Origin: Planctomycetales bacterium
GTDB taxonomy: Bacteria > 4484-113 > JAFGCY01
DNA: 32,000 bases
Reading direction: 5' to 3'
NCBI GenBank assembly: GCA_022646745.1
Contig: CP060262.1
Span: 2,460,001 to 2,492,000, forward strand
In this document: piece by piece, positions 15,728 through 22,889 of the stretch
Numbering within the stretch: position 1 is the first letter of the stretch
Layout: every line of letters starts with the position of its first letter
Position numbers and translations under genes: made by a program
Notes under the pieces: model-generated
Told to the model about the DNA's origin: nothing
What the model saw: the letters and a program-made list of their open reading frames with translations, nothing else
Database searches by the model: none

Positions 15728-15931
15728 ATGTACATCTACTCAGAGACACAACTGATGCAGGGCATCCTGGCCCAGCTTGCACGGGGCAACATGCTGATGG
15801 AAGAAGTGCTCCGGCAGCAGGAGCAGCTTGAGCAGCGTATGCAGGCGCTGGAGGAAAGCACCGAGGAACAGCTGCGCCGCCAGGCGGTGGAGATCCGCAG
15901 CCGGATCGACGACATGCTGCTGAGGGTGTAG
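15728..15931 (+). CDS. Small hypothetical coiled-coil protein (67 aa), possibly leaderless
   Basis: MYIYSETQLMQGILAQLARGNMLMEEVLRQQEQLEQRMQALEESTEEQLRRQAVEIRSRIDDMLLRV has heptad-like E/Q/L/R composition. No Shine-Dalgarno sequence is present, but a promoter-like element sits immediately upstream. Antisense ORFs overlap it, so coding status is uncertain. Confidence 0.4.
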   Translation: MYIYSETQLMQGILAQLARGNMLMEEVLRQQEQLEQRMQALEESTEEQLRRQAVEIRSRIDDMLLRV

Positions 15932-16007
15932 GGAGGCACTGCGAAGCTGTGCCATTGAAGGCGCAGTGGAACTGCGCGATTCGGGAAAGCGGGATGCGGG
16001 ATGAGGG

Positions 16008-16065
16008 ATGCGCCGGGACGTAGGGATGGGGTAACACCCCATCCCGGGTGGCGGTATTACCGCCA
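16008..16065. repeat. Twin-hairpin GTAGGG element, copy C
   Basis: The element reads GACGTA [GGGATGGGGT-AAC-ACCCCATCCC] [GGGTGGCGGTA-T-TACCGCCACCC] TACGTC. The outer 6-bp stem closes the two hairpins into a three-way junction. It is preceded by degenerate GGGATG half-sites (15991-16007). Confidence 0.85.
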
Positions 16066-16170
16066 CCCTACGTCAATAAACAGCCCCGGGTTCGAATGGC
16101 AATCAGTGCTGAGCAATGTAGAATGAGCCAGACTTCCGTTTGGCATGATAGGCTCATTGCTCATTGCTTT

Positions 16171-16227
16171 GGAGGCCAGTCACGCCAGGGCGTGACTGGC
16201 AATTGCCAAGCTTACAGCTTGGCCTCC
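16171..16227. other. Three-way-junction-like palindromic structure downstream of the minus-strand 284-aa gene
   Basis: The sequence reads GGAGGC [CAGTCACGCC-AG-GGCGTGACTG] GCAATT [GCCAAGCT-TAC-AGCTTGGC] CTCC. The outer stem GGAGGCC/GGCCTCC shares one base with each flanking hairpin. It lies 48 nt beyond the stop at 16275 and could act as a terminator on either strand. Confidence 0.6.
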
Positions 16228-16274
16228 GGGCCGAGCTGGCGCTCGACCACCGCGCCAGGCTTGCGTCTGGCCTC

Positions 16275-17129
16275 CTATCCAGCTGCGCGCACGTCCTCCG
16301 CGACTTGCAGCTGCTGGCGGCGCAGTTCGTTGTCACGGCGGTCCAGCCAGTACTGCATCTCGCGGCTCATCAGCCCGGCCTCGTCGCAGTCGCTCAGCAG
16401 CACCTCGCGGAAGCGCTCCAGCTGCGCCGGGTGGTCGAAGCAGTGGATCAGGCATTCCACGTCCTGGCTGATCGCGCGGCCGCTGTGCAGGCGGTACATC
16501 AGGTTGGTCATCCGCCATGCCTGCTCGTCCACCGCGCCGGGGTAGCCCATCACACAGAATTCAAGCGCCTGCTCCAGTACGTCGCTGTGCGCATTGCGGT
16601 AGGCCCACTGCGCCGCCGCATGCCACATCTCGAGGTTCGAGCGGCCGCTGGGCACCTGCTGCATCAGGCGCTGGAACTCGCCATGCGTGATGTTGTACTG
16701 CTCCTCTTCGCCGAGCATGCCGGCCAGCACGACCCTGACGTACGACTGCATCAGGGCGGACTGCTCGCCCTGTGCTTCACTGTCGATGCAGTCCAGCAGC
16801 TCCTGCTGAAGTTCACCATCCGGGTCCACCGGCAGCAGCGTCAGCTCGAGGAAGCACAGGAAGCGCTGTGCGGCATTGCGCTCGTCGGCTCCGGCCAGCC
16901 AGAGGTTGAGCTGCTCGCGCAACCAGGCCAGCCGGTTGGCCGTTGCCAGCGGATCGCGCAGCAGGTTTTCGCCGAGCAGCGGGTCAACCGCCAGCTCGTA
17001 CCAGCCCATCAGCCGCCCCATGCTGCGGATGCATTCGTCCCGCCGCGACAGCCGTGAGAGCCAGAATGACAACTGTGAAGAAGACAATCCAGCGTGTTGC
17101 ATATTCCATTCCCCATTGCTCATTCGCAT
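16275..17129 (-). CDS. Hypothetical protein (284 aa, predicted all-helical)
   Basis: The minus-strand translation has a balanced, Trp/Tyr/Met-containing composition (MRMSNGEWNMQHAG...WLREQLNLWLAG...EMWHAAAQWAYRNAH...). The overlapping plus-strand ORF 16164..17057 is Ala/Leu/Arg/His/Gln-rich shadow sequence. No family recognised. Confidence 0.6.
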   Translation of the reverse strand: MRMSNGEWNMQHAGLSSSQLSFWLSRLSRRDECIRSMGRLMGWYELAVDPLLGENLLRDPLATANRLAWLREQLNLWLAGADERNAAQRFLCFLELTLLPVDPDGELQQELLDCIDSEAQGEQSALMQSYVRVVLAGMLGEEEQYNITHGEFQRLMQQVPSGRSNLEMWHAAAQWAYRNAHSDVLEQALEFCVMGYPGAVDEQAWRMTNLMYRLHSGRAISQDVECLIHCFDHPAQLERFREVLLSDCDEAGLMSREMQYWLDRRDNELRRQQLQVAEDVRAAG

Positions 17130-17470
17130 CAGGCCCCCGCCGGTACATGTTCAGCGCCGCGCCGGCCGCACAGGTAGTCCCACAGCCGCCGCAGCATCTC
17201 TCCCGACAGGTCCAGCAGGTTCCGTGTGTGTTGAATTCCCATATGCTGGATATTAACGCGCCAATATTGTCCGGGAGTACCAATACGGGTTAATTGAGGA
17301 TGAAAACTTGCGCGGCCTGCAACTGGCGGGTTGTACCGCAGGTCAGTCCTGCACTGGTCTGGTGCGTGCATGGATAATCTGGCAACACACAACCTGCATT
17401 GCATATTTGGCGACACGGCATCAGATCTATGTCCAGCACACGTCGGGATCGCATGATTTGTTGCCACATT

Positions 17471-17499
17471 TTGGACTTTTTGCCGCAGTATGTTATAAT
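17471..17499 (+). promoter_or_regulatory. Strong sigma70-type promoter candidate for the symporter-arg operon
   Basis: TTGGAC (17471-17476), a 17-nt spacer and a perfect TATAAT (17494-17499). Confidence 0.55.
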
Positions 17500-17505
17500 T
17501 CCGTT

Positions 17506-17679
17506 CGATGTGGCAGGGCCCCCGGCCCATTGCTATTGATGAAGCCTGACCAGTGCTGCACTCAGCACGCCAGGCAGCCGTTGGCCTGACCAGCGGCTTT
17601 CCGGTTTTTCTGCCGGAACACGCTTCGGATACTGACCACCGCGTCGTTGCGTGTCTTTGACAGCATTGCGGGAGATGTC
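17506..17679 (+). promoter_or_regulatory. About 175-nt structured 5' leader of the operon (candidate cis-regulatory RNA)
   Basis: Runs from the predicted transcription start to ATG 17680. Stems: 17544-17575 (GCCTG..GTGCTG-CACT-CAGCAC..CAGGC), 17576-17598 (AGCCG...CGGCT) and 17599-17618 (TTCCGG-TTTTTCTG-CCGGAA). CTGACCA occurs three times (17546, 17586, 17632). I recognised no known riboswitch signature. Confidence 0.3.
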
Positions 17680-19188
17680 ATGGAAATCATTGATTATGTC
17701 TTGTTCGGCGCCTATATGCTTTGCGTGCTGGGTGTCGGACTCTATTTCTACAACAAGAACAAGACCGCCGACGATTACTACGTGGGTGGGCGCAGCATCA
17801 GCTCGACGCATGTCGGCCTGAGCGTCGTTGCCACGGATGTCGGCGGCGGCTTCAGCATCGGGCTTGGTGGAGTCGGCTACCTGATGGGCCTGTCGGGCTC
17901 CTGGCTGCTGTTCACGGGGCTAGTCGGGGCCTGGATGGCGGCGGTGTTCATCATCCCGCATGTCAAGGGCATGGACATGCAGGAGGGAATGCTGACCTAT
18001 CCCGACTTCCTGCGCAAGCGCTTCGGCGGCAAGGTGGCGCTGCTGGCCGCGCTGATCAGCGGCATCGGGTATATGGGCTTCACCGGGGCGCAGGCGGTTG
18101 CGGGGGCGACACTGGCCAGTGCCACAATCTTCCCCAAGTCCCTCCTGGGACCGGAGCCGCTGCAGTTCTCACTGTACGTGATCGGACTGTTCACGGTGCT
18201 GTACACGGTCATCGGCGGCCTGAAGGCCGTGATCCACACGGACAGCATCCAGTGGGCGGTGCTGCTGTTCGGGCTGATCTTCCTCGGCATTCCCTTCGCC
18301 ATCCAGCACATCGGCGGCTGGAACGTGCTGCTGGAGTCGCTGCCGGAGGAAATGTGGACGCTCAACAACGTGCGGCCGCATGGATGGACGACCTTTGCCA
18401 ACTGGATGATCACCATCATCCCGATCTGGCTGATCGGCATGACGCTCTACCAGCGCATCTACGCCTGCAAGGACGTCAAGGAGGCAAAGCGTGCCTGGTA
18501 CATCGCCGGCCTGTTCGAGTATCCGATCATGGCCTTCGCGGGAGTATTCCTCGGGATGTGCGCCCGCGTGATGTATCCGGAGTTCATTGACAACTCAGAG
18601 CTGGGCCTGCCGACGCTGATCGCCGAAGCGCTGCCCGTGGGCATCACTGGCATCGTGATCGCCGCCTACTTCAGCGCGATCATGTCCACCGCCGACAGTT
18701 GCCTGATGGCGGCGAGCGGCAACTTCGTCAATGACATCATCCAGCGCTACTTCATGAAGAAGGCCTCGCACCAGACCATCGTGCGCGTTTCCCAGGTCGC
18801 CACCCTGGTGATCGGAGTCGGGGCGATCGTGATCGCCGGGCAGTTCGACGCCGTGCTGGAGGGCATGCTGTATGCCTACGGTTTCATGGTCGGCGGCCTG
18901 TTCATCCCGACGCTGGGGGCATTCTTCTGGCGGCAGGCCAGCCGCTGGGGAGCCTTCCTCGGTATGCTGGCCGGCGGGCTGGTGACAATCACCCTGTACA
19001 TCATGGACAAGAATGATCAGTTGACGGGAAGCCTGCAGTGGTTCGGGGACACCAACCTGGACCTGAGCATCTTCGGCATCCTGGCATCGGCGATGTTCTT
19101 CGTTGCATTCTCATACATCATGCCTGACCCGCGCGACGGGCCGCCCGTGATGGAGGATCAACCTGAACCGCAGGAGGTGACGGAATGA
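17680..19188 (+). CDS. Sodium:solute symporter (SSF) family transporter
   Basis: Part of ORF 17647..19188. The preferred start is ATG 17680 after GGGAG (17669-17673). The protein has about 13 hydrophobic helices and SSF-like motifs (YYVGGRSISS..., VIHTDSIQW, AAYFSAIMSTADSCL). Confidence 0.88.
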   Translation: MEIIDYVLFGAYMLCVLGVGLYFYNKNKTADDYYVGGRSISSTHVGLSVVATDVGGGFSIGLGGVGYLMGLSGSWLLFTGLVGAWMAAVFIIPHVKGMDMQEGMLTYPDFLRKRFGGKVALLAALISGIGYMGFTGAQAVAGATLASATIFPKSLLGPEPLQFSLYVIGLFTVLYTVIGGLKAVIHTDSIQWAVLLFGLIFLGIPFAIQHIGGWNVLLESLPEEMWTLNNVRPHGWTTFANWMITIIPIWLIGMTLYQRIYACKDVKEAKRAWYIAGLFEYPIMAFAGVFLGMCARVMYPEFIDNSELGLPTLIAEALPVGITGIVIAAYFSAIMSTADSCLMAASGNFVNDIIQRYFMKKASHQTIVRVSQVATLVIGVGAIVIAGQFDAVLEGMLYAYGFMVGGLFIPTLGAFFWRQASRWGAFLGMLAGGLVTITLYIMDKNDQLTGSLQWFGDTNLDLSIFGILASAMFFVAFSYIMPDPRDGPPVMEDQPEPQEVTE

Positions 19189-19652
19189 GTGAGGAACAGA
19201 CGGAAGCAACGCCGCAGTACCTGCTGCTGCGCGATGACAACAACTGGCCGGACTGGTGCAGCCGCGCCCAGCTGGTGGACTTCCTGCATACCACGATGAA
19301 GCCCTATGAGGACCAGCCGGCGGACATTGACAACGCGATCACCTACGCATTCTCCGGCGAGAAGTACGCCGGAGGCTTCATCATGCTGGTCGAGATGCAG
19401 GGCAGGCTGGCCGGCGCGCTCGCGATGCTCAACACCGGAATGGGCGGCTATGTGCCGGAGAACATCCTGCTGTTCGTCAGCGTGAATCCGGAAATGCGCG
19501 GGCATGGTATCGGCGGGGAGCTGATCAGGCGCTGCATCGCGCAGTGCGATGGACAGGTCAAGCTGCATGTGGATTTCGGCAACCCGGCCAAGCGGCTGTA
19601 TGAGCGGCTCGGCTTTGAGCATGTGTACGACGAGATGAGGTACAAGCGATGA
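19185..19652 (+). CDS. GNAT-family N-acetyltransferase (155 aa)
   Basis: An ATGA start/stop overlap links it to the symporter. The acetyl-CoA-binding motif is VNPEMRGHGIGGELIRRCI, and the C-terminus has AKRLYERLGFEHV. Confidence 0.85.
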   Translation: MSEEQTEATPQYLLLRDDNNWPDWCSRAQLVDFLHTTMKPYEDQPADIDNAITYAFSGEKYAGGFIMLVEMQGRLAGALAMLNTGMGGYVPENILLFVSVNPEMRGHGIGGELIRRCIAQCDGQVKLHVDFGNPAKRLYERLGFEHVYDEMRYKR

Positions 19653-20815
19653 ACCGCGTGGTGATCGACCTGCACAAGCTGCAGCATAACATTGACACTG
19701 TCAACGGCTGGATGGAGCGCCACGGCGCCAGCTGGACGCTGGTGACGAAGGTGCTGTGCGGACACCATGACACCCTGCGCGCCCTGCAGGCGATCGGCGT
19801 TCGCAGCATCGGCGACAGCCGGCTGGCGAACATCCGCGCCATCGACCGCGTGTATGACAACCAGGAGAACTGGTACCTGCGCCTGCCGCACTTCAGCGCG
19901 ATCCCGGAAATCGTCGAGCGCTGCGAGGTCAGCCTCAACAGCGAGATTGACATCATCGAAGCGATCAACCTGGAGGCGCGCCGCCAGGGGCGGATGCACC
20001 GCATCATCATCATGATCGAACTTGGCGACCTGCGCGAGGGCATCCTGCCGGGCTCGCTGGTGGAGTTCTACGAGCATGTGTTCAGCCTGTCCAACATTGA
20101 GGTGCTGGGCATCGGCTCCAACCTCGGCTGCCTGAGCGGCGCCGTACCGAGTGTGGAACAGATGATGCAGCTGGCGCTGTACCGTGAACTGCTTGAATTG
20201 AAGTTCAAACACCCGTTGCCGATGATCTCCGCCGGTTCCTCGGCCTGGTTGCCAATGCTGCCGGAGGGCAGGGTGCCCAAGGAAATGAACCACTTCCGCA
20301 TCGGCGAGAGTGTGTTCCTCGGCACGGACCTGATCAGCGGCGGCTGCCTGCCGGACCTGCATGATGACGCGATCACGCTGGAGGGCGAGATCGTGGAGAT
20401 CAAGGAGAAGGGCCTGATCCCGCTCGTTGAGACACATGACGCCCTCAGCTCCTTTGAGTATTCGGATGACAACGAATTCACGCCGGGCCAGCGCGGCTAC
20501 CGCGCGCTGCTGTCAGTCGGCGCGCTGGATACGGACATCGGCGGCCTGCGCCCGGTTGACCCCGGGCACCGCGTGATCGGCGGCAGCAGCGACCTGGTGG
20601 TGGTGTATGTCGGAGATGACGACGCCGGGCTGCGGCTCGGTGACAGCATCCGCTTCCGCCTGAGCTACGGCGCGTTGCTGAAGCTGATGCACAGCCACTA
20701 CATTGACAAGGTGGTCACCCCCGGCATCGAACAGTACAGCGCCGGGCTGGACAGCGCGCAGCAGGTGGACGTGCCGCGCGTGATCGACATGGAGGACATC
20801 GCCACGCAGCACTGA
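19649..20815 (+). CDS. Alanine/ornithine-racemase-family PLP-dependent enzyme
   Basis: An ATGA overlap links it to the GNAT gene. The N-terminus VVIDLHKLQHNIDTVN...TLVTKVLCGHHDTLRALQAIGVRSIGDSRLANI carries the PLP-lysine context (VTKV) typical of this family. The substrate cannot be assigned from sequence. Confidence 0.7.
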   Translation: MNRVVIDLHKLQHNIDTVNGWMERHGASWTLVTKVLCGHHDTLRALQAIGVRSIGDSRLANIRAIDRVYDNQENWYLRLPHFSAIPEIVERCEVSLNSEIDIIEAINLEARRQGRMHRIIIMIELGDLREGILPGSLVEFYEHVFSLSNIEVLGIGSNLGCLSGAVPSVEQMMQLALYRELLELKFKHPLPMISAGSSAWLPMLPEGRVPKEMNHFRIGESVFLGTDLISGGCLPDLHDDAITLEGEIVEIKEKGLIPLVETHDALSSFEYSDDNEFTPGQRGYRALLSVGALDTDIGGLRPVDPGHRVIGGSSDLVVVYVGDDDAGLRLGDSIRFRLSYGALLKLMHSHYIDKVVTPGIEQYSAGLDSAQQVDVPRVIDMEDIATQH

Positions 20816-20835
20816 GCTGCCAACGGAGCAATCAC

Positions 20836-21684
20836 ATGCCCGAATCCATCCCAGGCACCGAGGGTGCCCAGAGCATAACCGCTGTTGTCCGCCCGCGTAC
20901 GATCCTCATCAAGTACGGTGGCAATGCCATGCTTGATCCACAGCTGGTGGACGGCGTGCTGGCGCGGCTGGTGGCTGCGCACCACGGAGGTATGCATGTG
21001 GTGCTGGTGCATGGCGGCGGGCCCTACATCGCTCGCCGGCTGGAGCAGCAGGGACTGGAAAGCCGCTTCATCGATGGGCAGCGTGTGACCGGAGCGGATG
21101 TGATGGCAGTCGTCAGCATGGTGCTCTGTGGCGAGGTGAACGGGCGCATCGTCAGCGACCTGCAGCGGCTGGGGGCGCCGGCCGTCGGGATCTGCGGACG
21201 CGATGGCAACACCTGCAGTGCGGAACCGCTGCTCAGCCCGGCCGGACTGGGACAGGTCGGCATCGTCGGCCAGATGGACCCGGCGCTGATCAGGCTGCTG
21301 CTGGATGGCCGCTACCTGCCCGTGGTGGCACCGGTCAGCCCCGGGCCGGACGGCTCGGACTACAACATCAATGCCGACATGTTCGCCGGCTCGCTGGCAG
21401 CCGCGCTGGGGGTGGACGAGTACCTCGTGCTGACGGACGTGGACGGCCTGTACCGTAACTGGCCGGATGAAGGCAGCCTGGTGGACGGCATCTCTGCGGT
21501 TGAACTTGAGGGCCTGCTGGCTGGCGGCATCAGCGGTGGGATGATCCCCAAGCTCAGGGGCTGCATCGCCGCTGTGCGCGGTGGAGCCCGCTCAGCGAGG
21601 ATAATCAATGGCACGCGGCCCGAGGCACTGCAGGCCGCGCTGGACGGAGCCGCAACAGGCACCGTGATCAGGGAGAAGCAATGA
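20836..21684 (+). CDS. argB: Acetylglutamate kinase
   Basis: Motifs are ILIKYGGNAM, VLVHGGGPYI and RFIDGQRVTG...NINADMFAG. GGAG lies at 20825-20828. Confidence 0.9.
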   Translation: MPESIPGTEGAQSITAVVRPRTILIKYGGNAMLDPQLVDGVLARLVAAHHGGMHVVLVHGGGPYIARRLEQQGLESRFIDGQRVTGADVMAVVSMVLCGEVNGRIVSDLQRLGAPAVGICGRDGNTCSAEPLLSPAGLGQVGIVGQMDPALIRLLLDGRYLPVVAPVSPGPDGSDYNINADMFAGSLAAALGVDEYLVLTDVDGLYRNWPDEGSLVDGISAVELEGLLAGGISGGMIPKLRGCIAAVRGGARSARIINGTRPEALQAALDGAATGTVIREKQ

Positions 21685-22889
21685 CAACGAAGACGAAGCG
21701 CAGCACAGCCGAACTGCTGGCAATGGACCAGCAGAACTACTTGCCGGTCACGAAGCGCCAGCCGCTGGCGCTGGTGCGTGGCAGCGGGTCGCGCGTGTGG
21801 GACAGTGACGGAAAGGAATACATTGACGCGCTGGCTGGGATCGCGGTGAACAGCATCGGGCATTGCCATCCGCATGTGGTGGAAGCGGTCCGGCGCCAGG
21901 CCGGAGAGCTGATGCACATCTCGGCTTTCTACGTGAGCGAGCCACAGGTGGAACTGAGCCGCCGCCTCGTTGAGCTCTCCGGGATGGAGCGGATCTTCAT
22001 CGGCAACAGCGGCATGGAGGCAGTTGAGTGCGCGCTCAAGCTGGCACGGCGCTTCGCCCACAGCCGCGGGCGCGGCGGCACCGTGCTGGCCTTCGAGGGC
22101 TGTTTCCACGGACGCAGCCTGGCGCAGGTCACGCTCGGAGCGGAGAAGTACCGCCAGGGATATGAACCGCAGCCTGCCGGCTACCAGCGAGTGCCCTTTG
22201 CTGACCTCGATGCGCTGAAGGCGGCGATCACGGATGAGGTCGGCGCAATCATCCTCGAGCCCGTGCAGGGTGAGGGTGGCGTGCGGCCCTTCCCGCCGGA
22301 GTTCCTGCAGGCCTGCCGCGCACTGTGCGATGCCAACGACATGGCCCTCGTGTACGACGAGGTGCAGTGCGGCATCGGGCGCACCGGACGCTGGTTCGGG
22401 CATCAGCACAGCGGTGTGAAGCCGGACGTGATGGCGCTGGCCAAGGCCATGGGCGGCGGCTTCCCGATCGGGGCTTGCCTGTGCAACGGCCGTGTGCGTG
22501 AGGCGATCCAGTATGGCGACCACGGCACGACCTTCGGTGGCAACCCGCTGGCCTGCAGTGCTGCGCTGGCAACGCTCGAGGTGATCGAGCAGGAGCAGCT
22601 GGTGGAGCGTGCAGCCGAGCAGGGTGCGCGCGTGATGCAGCGCATCCGCACGGAGATGCAGGGCAGCCCGCTCGTGAAGGATGTGCGAGGGCTGGGCCTG
22701 ATGATCGGCGTCGAGCTGAGCTTCAAGGGCGCGGATGTCGTCAGCCGCATGCGTGAGCATGGCGTGCTGTCCAACTGCACCGCTGATACGGTGATGCGCC
22801 TGGTGCCGCCGCTGAACATGCCGGAGGCCGACCTTGACCGCGTGGTGGACGTGCTGCTGGAGTCAATCAAGGAGATTGGCAATGGATGA
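21681..22889 (+). CDS. argD: Acetylornithine aminotransferase (class III PLP aminotransferase)
   Basis: An ATGA overlap links it to argB. Motifs are GIAVNSIGHCHP, NSGMEAVECALKLAR, ILEPVQGEGG, YDEVQCGIGRTG and ALAKAMGGGFP. Confidence 0.9.
   Translation: MTTKTKRSTAELLAMDQQNYLPVTKRQPLALVRGSGSRVWDSDGKEYIDALAGIAVNSIGHCHPHVVEAVRRQAGELMHISAFYVSEPQVELSRRLVELSGMERIFIGNSGMEAVECALKLARRFAHSRGRGGTVLAFEGCFHGRSLAQVTLGAEKYRQGYEPQPAGYQRVPFADLDALKAAITDEVGAIILEPVQGEGGVRPFPPEFLQACRALCDANDMALVYDEVQCGIGRTGRWFGHQHSGVKPDVMALAKAMGGGFPIGACLCNGRVREAIQYGDHGTTFGGNPLACSAALATLEVIEQEQLVERAAEQGARVMQRIRTEMQGSPLVKDVRGLGLMIGVELSFKGADVVSRMREHGVLSNCTADTVMRLVPPLNMPEADLDRVVDVLLESIKEIGNG

Noticed and set aside
16080-16088. GGTTCGAAT, a tRNA T-loop-like string that could mark a tRNA gene or an integration att site.
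   Set aside because: The flanking bases cannot form a T-stem, acceptor stem or anticodon arm. There is no tRNA cloverleaf here or in any other intergenic region inspected.
16164-17057. 297-aa plus-strand ORF overlapping the 284-aa minus-strand ORF.
   Set aside because: The plus-strand product has shadow-frame composition (runs of A/L/R/H/Q/V). The minus-strand product looks like a real helical protein. Neither has a recognisable family, so the strand choice is only moderately confident.
17130-17470. Search for ArgR (ARG box) operators and for a divergent promoter of the 284-aa gene upstream of the arg-containing operon.
   Set aside because: TGAATTCCCATATGC (17234-17248) resembles only half of an ARG box. 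No paired 18-bp palindromes were found, and no convincing -35/-10 pair on the minus strand. Left unannotated.
17647-17679. TTG start at 17647 for the symporter, as given in the ORF track.
   Set aside because: ATG 17680 has a properly spaced GGGAG and begins directly at the first TM helix. The upstream 11 codons lie in the structured leader.
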